A stretch of 30,405 bases of DNA from Candidatus Hydrogenedentota bacterium (GCA_029974275.1 JARKSN010000204.1:1-30405); one strand, 5' to 3'. Positions 5,608 through 17,024 are shown, numbered from the stretch's first letter. Program-made: numbers and translations. Notes: generated by a model from the sequence alone, not told the origin.

Positions 5608-8154
5608 ATGCTGACGGCTGAGCAAGAACAGATCGAACGCTTATCGGAATCCCTGCTCCTCGCTGCCCCTTCGGACATACAAGAACTTGCAGGATTTCAC
5701 ACCCAGTTTCAGGAAATCGCCGCGTGGGCGCTTCAGCGTCATTTCCCTTCCGCCTCCCAAGTTTCTCGAAAAGCGGCGGACGTCATCGAGCAGGTCATTC
5801 TGGGGGAGGCCGTGAATCCCCAGCAGGCGCTCGACGATGTCTGCCAAGCGGCGGCATTCATTCAAAGCGTCGTGTGCGCGGGAAAAAATCCCGGGGACCT
5901 CCCGCTTCCCGATGCATTCAAAATCGCGGAGACAATGGATGAAAATGCGGGCGATCTCCCGGACAATGGGAACGATGCCGCAGGGGATAACGGCGCCGCA
6001 CCGAAGGGTGCGCACAAGACGTCCGATACGACGACGGGGCAGGGATCGGAACCTTCCAGCGCGGAAAGCAACATGTTTGCCAATGACCCGGAATTGATGG
6101 CGGAGTTCATCCAAGAAGCCCGGGAACACTTGGAGGCGGCCGATGTTCATTTGCTGACTTTGGAGACGGAACCCGACAACGAAGAGGCGCTGAATGCGGT
6201 TTTTCGAGCGTTTCACACGCTTAAAGGCAATGCCGGCTTCTTGGCCCTTCCCGAGATTCAATGCTTGGCCCATGAAGCGGAGAGCCTGCTCGATCGCGCC
6301 CGGAAGCGAACCCTCCAACTGGAGGGCAAAGCGATGGATGTGGCGTTTGACGCCGTAGACGCTCTCAAGGGGCTTGTAGGGCAGATATCCGAAAGGCCTG
6401 CCCCGGAAAGTCTTTTGGCTCAGCAGGTTGAATTAGAGCGCCTTCGCGAGCGGTTGCGCGCCATTGCCGAAGGATCGGAAAACGAGACCAAGACCGCCGA
6501 AATGTCTGACGACGCGGAAGTCGCCGAAGGCATGAAATTGGGCGAAATCCTAGTCGAAACGGGTGTTGCGACCGAGTCTGCCGTCGAACATGCCCTGCAG
6601 GAACAGCAGGCAACTCCCCAACCCAAAAGACTGGGCGAAATCCTGGTCGAACACGTTGCCACATCCAGCCACGCCGTTCAGGAAGCGCTCGAGATACAAC
6701 GCAACGGTTCTGAGTCCCGGAAAATCGGCGAGATCATGGTGGAATTGGGGTCTGCGTCCCCGGAAGCGATAGACGCCGCCCTGGAATGCCAACAGCGGAC
6801 CCCGGAAAATCCCAAACTGGGGGAACTCTTGGTGCGCGCAGGCGAAGCGCCCGCAAAAGACGTAGCCCGCTCCCTTCGCAGTCAGCAGCAGGCTGGCGTC
6901 GCGGGCGAACACATGAAAGAGTCCGTGAAAGTGGATGCGGCGCGTCTTGACCGCCTCATCGACGCGATTGGCGAAATGGTCATCGCCGAATCGATGGTGA
7001 GTCAGTCACAAGCCGTGCTTCAGGCCAGTTCTCCGGAATTGGCGCGTCATCTGGCCCAACTCGACAAAATTACCCGAGAGTTGCAGGAAATGGGGATGTC
7101 GTTGCGCATGGTGCCGATTCGCCCTGCCTTTCAGCGGATGGCGAGGCTCGCGCGCGATCTGGCGAAGAAATCGGGGAAGCAAGTGGAATTCGTGACGCGC
7201 GGAGAGGACACCGAACTCGACAAGACCGTGGTGGACAAGATCGGCGATCCCTTGGTGCACATGGTGCGCAACGCCATCGACCACGGGATCGAGGAAAGCG
7301 AGGCCGCGCGCATCGCAGCCGGGAAAGCGCCGGCGGGGCGCGTGGAACTGCGCGCGTTTCACAAGGGCGGCAACATTCACATCGAAGTGGAAGACGATGG
7401 CTGCGGCCTTGATCGGGAACGCATCTTGGCCAAGGCGCTGGAGCGGGGGCTTATCCGCGAAGGCGAGATTCTTTCCGATCGCGAGGCGTACAACCTGATT
7501 TTCGAGCCGGGCTTTTCGACGGCGAAGACGGTGACCGACGTGTCGGGCCGAGGCGTGGGGATGGACGTGGTGCGGCGCAACGTCGAAGCCCTGCGCGGCC
7601 AAGTGGAGATTCGATCCGAGAAAGGAAAGGGCGGGCTGTTCAGCATCCGGCTTCCGTTGACGCTGGCCATCATCGACGGCATGGTGGTGCGCGTGGGAAG
7701 CGAACGGTACGTCCTGCCCACGTTATCCATCGTAACCTCGTTGCGTCCAAACGCGAAGAACGTATCCACGGTCGTCCAGCGCGGGGAGATGCTCACCCTG
7801 CAGGAACAGTTGATTCCGATGCTGCGACTGGGGCGTCTGTTCCATGTTCTCGATGCGGAGGAAGAGATGTCGCAATGCATTGCCGTTGTGGTCGAGGCGG
7901 AGGGAAGACGCGCGGCGCTGGTTGTTGACGAGATCATCGGACAACAGCAAATCGTGATTAAATCCCTGGGCGAAACCATGCAGGGCATACCGGCCATCGC
8001 GGGCGGCGCCATCATGGGGGACGGTCGCGTCGGGCTGATCGTCGACGTGAGCGGTCTCATGCGCGTCGCCAAGGAAACCCCGTCCGAGGATGTCCAGCAC
8101 CAGTGCGAAACCAAGCCGGGCTCTTCTGGCGCCGAAGGAGAGGCAACCCCATGA
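5608..8154 (+). CDS. cheA: Chemotaxis histidine kinase CheA with N-terminal helical extension and four MshEN-like repeats
   Basis: Hpt FRAFHTLKGNAG, dimerisation VKVDAARLDRLIDAIGEMVI, HATPase HMVRNAIDHGIE / EDDGCG / IFEPGFSTA..VSGRGVGMDVV, and a C-terminal CheW domain. ATG 5608 follows GGGAGGAAGAGG; the ORF track start at 5527 overlaps the promoter. Confidence 0.97.
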   Translation: MLTAEQEQIERLSESLLLAAPSDIQELAGFHTQFQEIAAWALQRHFPSASQVSRKAADVIEQVILGEAVNPQQALDDVCQAAAFIQSVVCAGKNPGDLPLPDAFKIAETMDENAGDLPDNGNDAAGDNGAAPKGAHKTSDTTTGQGSEPSSAESNMFANDPELMAEFIQEAREHLEAADVHLLTLETEPDNEEALNAVFRAFHTLKGNAGFLALPEIQCLAHEAESLLDRARKRTLQLEGKAMDVAFDAVDALKGLVGQISERPAPESLLAQQVELERLRERLRAIAEGSENETKTAEMSDDAEVAEGMKLGEILVETGVATESAVEHALQEQQATPQPKRLGEILVEHVATSSHAVQEALEIQRNGSESRKIGEIMVELGSASPEAIDAALECQQRTPENPKLGELLVRAGEAPAKDVARSLRSQQQAGVAGEHMKESVKVDAARLDRLIDAIGEMVIAESMVSQSQAVLQASSPELARHLAQLDKITRELQEMGMSLRMVPIRPAFQRMARLARDLAKKSGKQVEFVTRGEDTELDKTVVDKIGDPLVHMVRNAIDHGIEESEAARIAAGKAPAGRVELRAFHKGGNIHIEVEDDGCGLDRERILAKALERGLIREGEILSDREAYNLIFEPGFSTAKTVTDVSGRGVGMDVVRRNVEALRGQVEIRSEKGKGGLFSIRLPLTLAIIDGMVVRVGSERYVLPTLSIVTSLRPNAKNVSTVVQRGEMLTLQEQLIPMLRLGRLFHVLDAEEEMSQCIAVVVEAEGRRAALVVDEIIGQQQIVIKSLGETMQGIPAIAGGAIMGDGRVGLIVDVSGLMRVAKETPSEDVQHQCETKPGSSGAEGEATP

Positions 8155-8642
8155 AAGCCGAATACGTCAACCCATTCGTTGAAAGCGTGTATGAATTGTT
8201 CGTGTCCATGCTGAACGCCAACGCGCGAAAAGGCGAAGTGACCCTATCCACCAATAACGTCAAACCGCGCCAGTTGACCGCCCTCATCGGCTTCAGCGGC
8301 CCGGTCCGCGGCATGGTCGCGATGTCTTTTCCCGTCAATACGGCGTTGGCCATGGTGAGCCGTCTTCTGGGAACGCAAGTTCTGGTGGTGGACGACACGG
8401 TTTCGGATGCGGTGGGCGAATTCGTCAACATCGTATCGGGGGCGGCCAAGGCGAAGTTTTCAGGAGATGGCCCGCCCATCGACTTGAGCTTGCCGACGGT
8501 GGTGCGAGGCAGTGGCTATGTCGTGGATTATCCGTCGCGGGCACGATGGCTGGAAGTTCATTTTGACAGCGATCTGGGACCTTTCAGTCTTCAAATCACG
8601 TTCGAGACGCAGCAGACTGCAAAGGATGGAGGCGCCCCATGA
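8151..8642 (+). CDS. cheX: CheX chemotaxis phosphatase
   Basis: MKAEYVNPFVES N-terminus, DAVGEFVNIVSG (ExxN) and LSLPTVVRG. ATGA overlap with the cheA stop; RBS AAGGAGAGG. Confidence 0.9.
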   Translation: MKAEYVNPFVESVYELFVSMLNANARKGEVTLSTNNVKPRQLTALIGFSGPVRGMVAMSFPVNTALAMVSRLLGTQVLVVDDTVSDAVGEFVNIVSGAAKAKFSGDGPPIDLSLPTVVRGSGYVVDYPSRARWLEVHFDSDLGPFSLQITFETQQTAKDGGAP

Positions 8643-9013
8643 AAGCACTTGTTGTAGACGATTCCGTGGTGATGCGAAGAGTGCTGATCGGCGCGCTCAG
8701 CCGGGCCGGCATCACGGAGGTCGCGGAGGCGGCGGACGGCTGCGAGGCGGTCAAGGCCGTCGCGGAGGCGGAGTACGATCTGGTTTTGATGGACTGGAAC
8801 ATGCCGAACATGCTGGGAATAGACGCCGTGCGGGAGATGCGCGCGCAAGGAAAGAAAGTTCCCGTCATCATGGTGACGACCGAGGCGGAAAAATCACGCG
8901 TCATTGAAGCCATCAAGGCGGGCGCTAACAACTATATCATCAAGCCATTTGATTCCAAGGGCATCGTCGACAAAATTCATGAAGTGCTCGAGAAGGCGGC
9001 TCCGGTTCAATAA
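8639..9013 (+). CDS. cheY: Single-domain response regulator CheY
   Basis: VVDDS, LMDWNMP, MVTTE and NYIIKPF. ATGA overlap with cheX; RBS GGAGG. Confidence 0.93.
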   Translation: MKALVVDDSVVMRRVLIGALSRAGITEVAEAADGCEAVKAVAEAEYDLVLMDWNMPNMLGIDAVREMRAQGKKVPVIMVTTEAEKSRVIEAIKAGANNYIIKPFDSKGIVDKIHEVLEKAAPVQ

Positions 9014-9054
9014 CGGAAGCAGGTTCGAGACGCGGAAAGGGAGGCGTTTCCCAT

Positions 9055-10050
9055 ATGCACGCAATCGCATCGGGAAAGTCGCAATGCGGCGAAACCGGAA
9101 AGGAGACGGACAATGTCTACCGGTTGCACCGGAAGCGTCCTATCTGGAAATCCCAGCCACGATTGGAAAAAACGCGCGAGAAGGGCGTTGCGTTTCGGAC
9201 GTCGCCCGTATCCCGCTTGTCGCGCCGCCCGGAAGCGTTTTTGATGGACGCCGCCGTCTTCGAGAAGTTTCGCGCGCTCGTCCACGATCGCAGCGGCATT
9301 TCGCTAGGTCCGAACAAGGAATCGTTGGTGTCGGCGCGCATTGCAAAACGCATGCGTTGTCTCGGGGTCGCGACGCATGAGGACTACCTTGAACATGTCC
9401 TGGGCGACGAGACAGAAATGATCTTTCTTATCGATGCAATATCGACCAACGTGACCAGTTTTTTCCGGGAGCCGGACCATTTCAATTTCCTGCGCACGAT
9501 CGTTCCGCAATGGGTCGCCAAAGGGCAAACCCGCTTTCGCTTTTGGTCTGCGGCGAGTTCTTCGGGCGAAGAGCCGTACACGTTGGCGGTAACGCTGCTC
9601 GACGCGCTGCAAGGCCGCAATCTGGACGTGCGCATCTTGGCCACGGACATCTCCACCCGCATGCTCGACAAGTGTCGCGAGGCGCTGTATAGCGAGGAGC
9701 GGATGCGGAACGTGCCGCGCGCCATCCGAGACCGGTATTTCATCCCCTGCCGCAGCGAACGCGAGATTCTCGGCTATTCGCCCATCGAGGAGGCCCGGCG
9801 CCTGATAGCCTTCCGGCGCTTGAACCTCTCCCAGCCCCCTTTTCCCATGCAGGGCCCGATGGACGCCGTTTTCTGCCGAAACGTGATGATCTATTTCGAC
9901 AATGCCGTGAGGAAACGGCTTTTGGAGGACATTTATCGCCTGCTGAAGCCGGGAGGATATCTCTTCGTGGGACATGCCGAAAGCCTGACGGGAATCATGA
10001 GCCGCCTGGTTCCGGTGCGTTCGTCCGTCTACATGAAGCCGAGCAAGTGA
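9055..10050 (+). CDS. cheR: Protein-glutamate O-methyltransferase CheR
   Basis: STNVTSFFRE, WSAASSSGEEPY, ILATDIS, FCRNVMIYF and GGYLFVGHAESL. The conserved core begins at ATG 9244, but ATG 9055 has a GGGAGG RBS, so the start is uncertain. Confidence 0.93.
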   Translation: MHAIASGKSQCGETGKETDNVYRLHRKRPIWKSQPRLEKTREKGVAFRTSPVSRLSRRPEAFLMDAAVFEKFRALVHDRSGISLGPNKESLVSARIAKRMRCLGVATHEDYLEHVLGDETEMIFLIDAISTNVTSFFREPDHFNFLRTIVPQWVAKGQTRFRFWSAASSSGEEPYTLAVTLLDALQGRNLDVRILATDISTRMLDKCREALYSEERMRNVPRAIRDRYFIPCRSEREILGYSPIEEARRLIAFRRLNLSQPPFPMQGPMDAVFCRNVMIYFDNAVRKRLLEDIYRLLKPGGYLFVGHAESLTGIMSRLVPVRSSVYMKPSK

Positions 10051-10102
10051 GTTTCGCCGTCGAATCCCGGGCGAAACGCGGGGAAGCATCGAGGAGCAAG
10101 CA

Positions 10103-10582
10103 GTGCAACATACGGTTGGAATCTCCGAACTAAAAATATCCACGGATCCCGAGGACGTGATCATCACCTACTCTCTGGGGTCGTGCGTTGGACTATCGCT
10201 CTACGATCCCGAGGCGAGAGTGGGGGGGATGATCCATTGCATGTTGCCGCTGTCGAAGATTGATCCGGCCAAGGCGGCCTCCAATCCTGCGATGTTCACG
10301 GACACGGGGGTGGTGTTGCTGATCCAGACCATGCTCGACGCCGGCGCCTCGATCAAACGGCTTGTCGCGAAGGTGGCGGGCGCTTCGCAGCTCATGGACC
10401 AGACGGATACCTTCAAGATTGGCGAACGGAACTACGTGGTTTTGCGGAAGGTCCTTTGGAAGAACAATATTCTGATTGCCGCCGAAGATGTGGGCGGAGC
10501 CGTAGCGCGCACGATGGCGCTGTACATGACCAACGGCAAGACCACGGTGCGAAAAAAAGGCGAGGAGATCGAATTGGCGTAG
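10103..10582 (+). CDS. cheD: Chemoreceptor glutamine deamidase CheD
   Basis: TYSLGSCVG, GGMIHCMLP, AKVAGAS, IGERN and AEDVGG. GTG start after GAGGAG. Confidence 0.93.
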   Translation: MQHTVGISELKISTDPEDVIITYSLGSCVGLSLYDPEARVGGMIHCMLPLSKIDPAKAASNPAMFTDTGVVLLIQTMLDAGASIKRLVAKVAGASQLMDQTDTFKIGERNYVVLRKVLWKNNILIAAEDVGGAVARTMALYMTNGKTTVRKKGEEIELA

Positions 10583-10643
10583 CCTACATTGCGGATGATC
10601 CCCGTGGATCGTCCGCGACGGGACGCATAACGGCGGGAGTGCC

Positions 10644-11489
10644 ATGCCCTATCGACACCAAATAGAACGCGAAATTGACGCCGTGCCTGCGCTGCCTGGC
10701 GCGTCGGCGGAGGCGCTTCAACTTGTGCAGCGTCCCGACGTGAGCGTGGCGGAACTAACCAAAGCGATTGCGTTCGATCCCGGATTGACCGCCAACGTGC
10801 TTCGTTTGGCCAATTCGGCGTACTACGGGAAGGGAAGGTCCATCGGTTCCCTGCAGGAGGCGACGGTGCGGCTGGGCATGCGATGCGTCGAACAACTGGT
10901 GGTTACGGCCGCCGTGACGCCCTATGCGCGCAACCCCTTGCAGGGATATGATTTGCCGGCAGGCGATTTGTTGCGCCATTCGACCTTGACGGCGGTGGTT
11001 GCCCTGGAGCTTGCCGAGGCGATCCGGAAAACGCCCCCGCCGCGCGCGTTCACGGCGGCCTTGTTGCACGATCTGGGCAAGATCGTATTGGGCACGTTCG
11101 TCAAGGTGGACGCCGGCCCGATACTCCAGTTGGTTGCGCAGGAGAAGAAGAGATTTCACGATGCCGAGCGCGAGGTGTTGGGGATCGACCATGCCGAGGC
11201 GGGCGCCCTTTTGCTGCAGCGATGGAGCCTGCCCCTCGAGATCGTCGACGCGGTCAGGTGGCACCATGATCCGGGACTCTGCAGCGAGACAAGTTTGATC
11301 TTGGACCTGGTCCACGCAGCGGACGCAGTGAGCATGAGCAGCGGCGTCGGCGCGGGGGTGGACGGGTTGAGTTACCGGTTATCCGAGGCCGTGGGAGCCC
11401 GGCTGTCGTTGCGCGAAACCATGATTGAGGGCGTGATGAGTCGAGCATTCACGAAGTGGAGCGATCTTTGCGCGACCATCGCCTTCTAG
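10644..11489 (+). CDS. HDOD domain signal transduction protein
   Basis: DPGLTANVLRLANSAYY, AFTAALLHDLGK, GIDHAEAGALLLQRWSLP and VRWHH. Confidence 0.92.
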   Translation: MPYRHQIEREIDAVPALPGASAEALQLVQRPDVSVAELTKAIAFDPGLTANVLRLANSAYYGKGRSIGSLQEATVRLGMRCVEQLVVTAAVTPYARNPLQGYDLPAGDLLRHSTLTAVVALELAEAIRKTPPPRAFTAALLHDLGKIVLGTFVKVDAGPILQLVAQEKKRFHDAEREVLGIDHAEAGALLLQRWSLPLEIVDAVRWHHDPGLCSETSLILDLVHAADAVSMSSGVGAGVDGLSYRLSEAVGARLSLRETMIEGVMSRAFTKWSDLCATIAF

Positions 11490-11510
11490 GGCGATCAGGA
11501 GGACCCGCAT

Positions 11511-11889
11511 ATGGGACTGAACATACTCATTGTGGACGATTCGGACACTGTCCGGGCCGTCATCGCCAAGACGCTTACGATGTGCGGCTTGCCCATCAAC
11601 GAGGTCTACCAAGCCCCCAACGGCAAGGTCGCCCTCGAGATTCTCGCGGAAAAGTGGGTCGACCTCGTTTTTTCGGACATCAACATGCCCGTCATGGGGG
11701 GCGTGGAAATGATTGAAAAGATGCACGAAAACGATCTGCTCACTTCCATACCGGTCATCGTGGTCTCGACAGAGGGCAGCGCGACGCGCATGGAACAACT
11801 CAAGAGCAAAGGGATTCGCGCCTATCTGCGCAAACCCTTCACGCCGGAACTGGTCAGGGGCGTCGTCAACGACATCGTGGGGTTGCGTC

Positions 11890-11909
<20 letters not shown>
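11511..11909 (+). CDS. Second CheY-like single-domain response regulator
   Basis: ILIVDDS, FSDINMP, VVSTE and YLRKPF; RBS AGGAGG. Confidence 0.92.
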
Positions 11910-13441
<1,532 letters not shown>

Positions 13442-13686
13442 GGGAACACGACGGCGTATTCAAAATGAGAATGTTCCGCTTCCAGATTCATGCCTCGTTG
13501 ATCGAACGCGCCCGGCTGTCGCTCTAGGCGGCGCCCCGGAATCGCAACCCCTCCGCTCCACTAACTCAGAGACGCCGCTTTCGTGCGCTTGTGTTCGTCA
13601 CATATTCACCGTGAATGGACTGATGCCTACGTTAGGCGAACAAAGGATGGTTTCGCCGGGGATTTGAAAAGGGATCCAGAAAATGC

Positions 13687-13718
13687 GCGACAGGGCGTCC
13701 TTGCGGACGCCCTGTCGC
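13687..13718 (-). terminator. Probable intrinsic terminator of the cheW-MCP operon
   Basis: A perfect 14-bp stem GCGACAGGGCGTCC/GGACGCCCTGTCGC has a GCAA loop on the - strand and is followed by GCATTTTC. It lies 26 nt after the MCP stop. Confidence 0.7.
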
Positions 13719-13744
13719 ACGTGCCATTGGGGGGAGGAGAGGGA

Positions 13745-15805
13745 TCAGAAGTCTTTCAGTTCGTCGTCATCCAGCGGGATCACTTCCTCGGGGCGCGCAT
13801 GGGACGACTTTGCGGTTGCGCCTACGAGGGCATGTTTTCCCATGCGGTTTTTCGCGGCGCTTTCCGATTTTCCATTATGTTTTATGGGCTCTGCATGGCT
13901 TCCGATTCGAAGGTCGTGGGACGCGGCATGAGCCGCCGCAGGATGTTGTCTCAGAGGCCCGCGGGCCGACGCTTGGGCGCGTCCATTTTGGGCGGCGGCT
14001 TTGCCGCTCACCAGGGCCGTCAGTGCGTTCACGACTTCGTTGAGTTCGGCGGCCTGGGCCGACAATTCCTCGCTGGCCGAGGCGGCCTCTTCGGAACTGG
14101 CTGCGTTGGCCTGCGTGAGTTGGTCCATCTGCGCGATGGCCGTGTTGATCTGCTCAATGCCCTGCGCTTGTTCGTTGCTGGCAGCCGCCACTTCGCCGAC
14201 GAGTTGCGTCACCTTGCCGATGCTGATGGCGATTTGCTCCAGGATGGATCCTACCTCCCCGGCCACCGCGACGCCGTTGTCCGCGTTCTGTTGAGAGCCC
14301 TCGATCAACGCGGCGGTATCCTTGGCGGCTTGGGCGCTGCGTTGGGCCAGATTCCGCACCTCTTCGGCCACCACGGCGAAGCCCTTGCCGGCGTCGCCCG
14401 CCCGGGCCGCCTCTACCGCCGCATTCAAGGCAAGCAGATTGGTCTGGAAGGCGATTTCGTCGATCGTTTTGATGATCTTGGCCGTCTGGTCCGACGAAGC
14501 CTTGATTTTGTCGATGGCTTCGGACATTCGGACCATGGCGTGCTGGCCTTTTTCGGCGGCATTCCGGGATTCCGTCGACATGGTCGAAGCCTGGTTGGCG
14601 TTGTCGGCGTTCTGCTTGGTCATGGAGGTCATTTCTTCCAGCGAGGCGGAGGTTTCCTCTAGGCTCGATGCCTGCTCGCTGGCGCCTTCGGCCATCGACT
14701 GGCTCGATTGCGCCACTTGGTTGGCTGCGGAGCCCACCTGCTCGGAGCCCTGGGTCAGGCTGTCGATCACATTGCCGATGGGTTTCGTGATCGATCGGGT
14801 GATGTAGACGGCCATCAACACCCCAAAGACCGCGCCAATGGCCAGGCCGATGATCATGGTCCATGTGCCGATGGCCAGCGAGTGAACGGCGGTCTTGGCC
14901 CCGTCGGCCGTATAGTTCATGCCCTCGAGCGCTGTGCCCTTGGATGCGTCCAAAACTTTCTGCGCGGTTTCACGCCGTTTCGTGTTGAGGTCTTCCCGTG
15001 CCAGCCATTCTTTCAAGAAGCTTTCCATACAACCCAAATAGATCTTCCCTGCTTCGCTGCATTCGTCAATCAGTTTGATGTCTTCGGGCCGATCGGTCGT
15101 TTTCCGGAGTTCCGCCAATTTGGCGTTCACATTCTCGAAGATAGCCTCTGTCTCTTGGAACAGTTTCGGGTCTCGACCCGCGATCGAACGCCATGTTCCG
15201 GCGATGATGGCGTTGCCGAGGTCGATGATATCGTTCACGATGGCTATCTGGGCGTTAAGGGGCAGCACATCCGCCGCTTTCGCAAGGGGGTTCTTGGCCA
15301 GATCGGCGATGGCCGCTTCTTTTGCCTTGATGAAGGCATAGCAGCAATCCATGTATTTCTTGGCGGCTTCGAGAGATTTCTCTTTCTCGATTGCCATGGC
15401 TTCCGTGGCCTTGACGGTTTGTTCGAACACCATACCATAATTAGTCGCTTCCGCGGAGGCCGTTTCGGCGTTCTTCTTCAGCCACTCGATGTTTTCCTGG
15501 GCGGCCAGTTCGGAGGCCTTCTGTAAGTGCGCCTTCACGTTTTCCAGTTCCTTGCGCGTGTCTTCCAGGTATTGTTGTTCCTCCGTGTACGCGTAGCCGC
15601 GCGCCGCATACATGGTGGCAAGCGACGAACGCTCGACGTCGTTGGCCACCGCGACGGCGGGCACGTTCTTGTTTTGCATGATTTTGGCGATGGCGCTGAC
15701 TCCGTTCATGCTCCACACGGCCAAGCCGCCCAAAACCACCGCGATGAGGATAAGCAGGACGAAACCGGTCCCGATTTTGGCTCCCAATCCCATGTTTCCA
15801 AACAT
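13745..15805 (-). CDS. Methyl-accepting chemotaxis protein (2 TM, large helical extracellular domain, C-terminal pentapeptide-like tail)
   Basis: [42 protein letters not shown] hairpin tip, two hydrophobic helices, and the end ...[18 protein letters not shown]. Confidence 0.96.
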   Translation of the reverse strand: MFGNMGLGAKIGTGFVLLILIAVVLGGLAVWSMNGVSAIAKIMQNKNVPAVAVANDVERSSLATMYAARGYAYTEEQQYLEDTRKELENVKAHLQKASELAAQENIEWLKKNAETASAEATNYGMVFEQTVKATEAMAIEKEKSLEAAKKYMDCCYAFIKAKEAAIADLAKNPLAKAADVLPLNAQIAIVNDIIDLGNAIIAGTWRSIAGRDPKLFQETEAIFENVNAKLAELRKTTDRPEDIKLIDECSEAGKIYLGCMESFLKEWLAREDLNTKRRETAQKVLDASKGTALEGMNYTADGAKTAVHSLAIGTWTMIIGLAIGAVFGVLMAVYITRSITKPIGNVIDSLTQGSEQVGSAANQVAQSSQSMAEGASEQASSLEETSASLEEMTSMTKQNADNANQASTMSTESRNAAEKGQHAMVRMSEAIDKIKASSDQTAKIIKTIDEIAFQTNLLALNAAVEAARAGDAGKGFAVVAEEVRNLAQRSAQAAKDTAALIEGSQQNADNGVAVAGEVGSILEQIAISIGKVTQLVGEVAAASNEQAQGIEQINTAIAQMDQLTQANAASSEEAASASEELSAQAAELNEVVNALTALVSGKAAAQNGRAQASARGPLRQHPAAAHAASHDLRIGSHAEPIKHNGKSESAAKNRMGKHALVGATAKSSHARPEEVIPLDDDELKDF

Positions 15806-15865
15806 ATGCAGTTCTCCTTTTCTGCGACTCTTCCGCCCCCCTTGATGTGATGGCGGGTCATCGGT

Positions 15866-16396
15866 TTAGTCGGACACATCCCCAGCGCTCTGACGCACGA
15901 GCGACAGTTCATCGCCTGACAGGACTCGATCCAAATCCAACAACATAATCACCCGTTCTCCGACTTTGCCCATCCCCAAGATGAATGTCGTGTCCACATT
16001 CGTGCCAAAATCCGGAGACGGCTCAATCTGATCCGGGCCGATATCGACCACTTCGGACACCTGATCGACGATGATGCCTAATGTCACCTGATGCCCGGAG
16101 GCCCCGATCTGAACGACGATAATGCAGGTCCGTTCTGTCTGTTCCTGAGACTCCAGGGAGAACCGGCTGCGTAAATCGATGACCGGAATGACTTTTCCCC
16201 GAAGATTGATGACCCCCCGCACGAAATCGGGCATGCGGGGCACCCGCGTCACCGACGTCATGCCGATGATTTCCTGAACTTTGAGAATCTGGAGGCCATA
16301 GGGCTCCTCCCCCAGTTCAAAGGTGAGGTATTGGCCCGCGATATCTTTCCAGGCGCAGACCTCTGCCTGAACCGATGTTCCCGTTTCTTCTCTCAT
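15866..16396 (-). CDS. cheW: Chemotaxis coupling protein CheW
   Basis: QYLTFEL, VQEIIG, VRGVINLRGKVIPVIDLR and GIIVDQVSEV. ATG 16396 follows GGGAGGTG. Confidence 0.95.
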   Translation of the reverse strand: MREETGTSVQAEVCAWKDIAGQYLTFELGEEPYGLQILKVQEIIGMTSVTRVPRMPDFVRGVINLRGKVIPVIDLRSRFSLESQEQTERTCIIVVQIGASGHQVTLGIIVDQVSEVVDIGPDQIEPSPDFGTNVDTTFILGMGKVGERVIMLLDLDRVLSGDELSLVRQSAGDVSD

Positions 16397-16539
16397 GGAT
16401 TTCACCTCCCCAGTTGCTCAATTTCCTTTGACAATGGCTGCTCGGCAGTGGCGCCCGCGCCTCCCCTGCGGGCGATCCTATTGTGAAGACCTCTCCGGCG
16501 ACGACATCCGCCTCGGCGTGTTCCGGGCGTCGTTCATCC

Positions 16540-16986
16540 TTACCCCTGCCGCAATCCGTTCCTTGCGGTCTTGGCTTCAGGCGCCGCATGCGGCGCCTCT
16601 ACCTCCAGTCCGACATTGCCGATGAGCTCCGCCATCTTGGCCAGCACGGCCACCACGTCGTCCAGGTTGTTCTCGATATCCGTGAGAAAACGCGGATATA
16701 GGGAATGGCCCTTCGATATGGTTTCGGGGGATGCGTCGGGCAGAATGAGAATGCAGCGATATTCCGCCAACACGTCCCGAAAGACCAGCAGGCGCGCAAG
16801 CTCTTCCTGATTCTCTGCCAAAAGAACCACCACGGTATTCCGTTTGTCTGCATCTCGAAGTTCCAGCAGGAACTCTGGAAGAGCCCCGCAGGGACGCCAA
16901 CTGCCCGGAAGCAGCGCCGCTTCGATCGTGCGTTCGAGTCTCTTCCCTAGAGGGTCTGCCGCTCGTCTGTAGAGGAGAATTGTCAC
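16540..16986 (-). CDS. Small hypothetical alpha/beta protein, possibly a degenerate receiver fold
   Basis: GTG 16986 follows GGAG, directly downstream of the sigma54 site. The pattern alternates strand and helix (TILLY, TVVVLLAE, CILILPD, YPRFLTD). The longer ORF-track start at 17187 runs through the regulatory region. Confidence 0.65.
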   Translation of the reverse strand: MTILLYRRAADPLGKRLERTIEAALLPGSWRPCGALPEFLLELRDADKRNTVVVLLAENQEELARLLVFRDVLAEYRCILILPDASPETISKGHSLYPRFLTDIENNLDDVVAVLAKMAELIGNVGLEVEAPHAAPEAKTARNGLRQG

Positions 16987-17024
16987 GTGTTCCACTCCAG
17001 ATATCCGGCTTGCACAGCAACATG

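Noticed and set aside
16397..16539. c-di-GMP riboswitch in the leader of cheW
   Set aside because: Only a short CGCCCGC/GCGGGCG hairpin is present. The conserved class I GEMM features were not recognisable.
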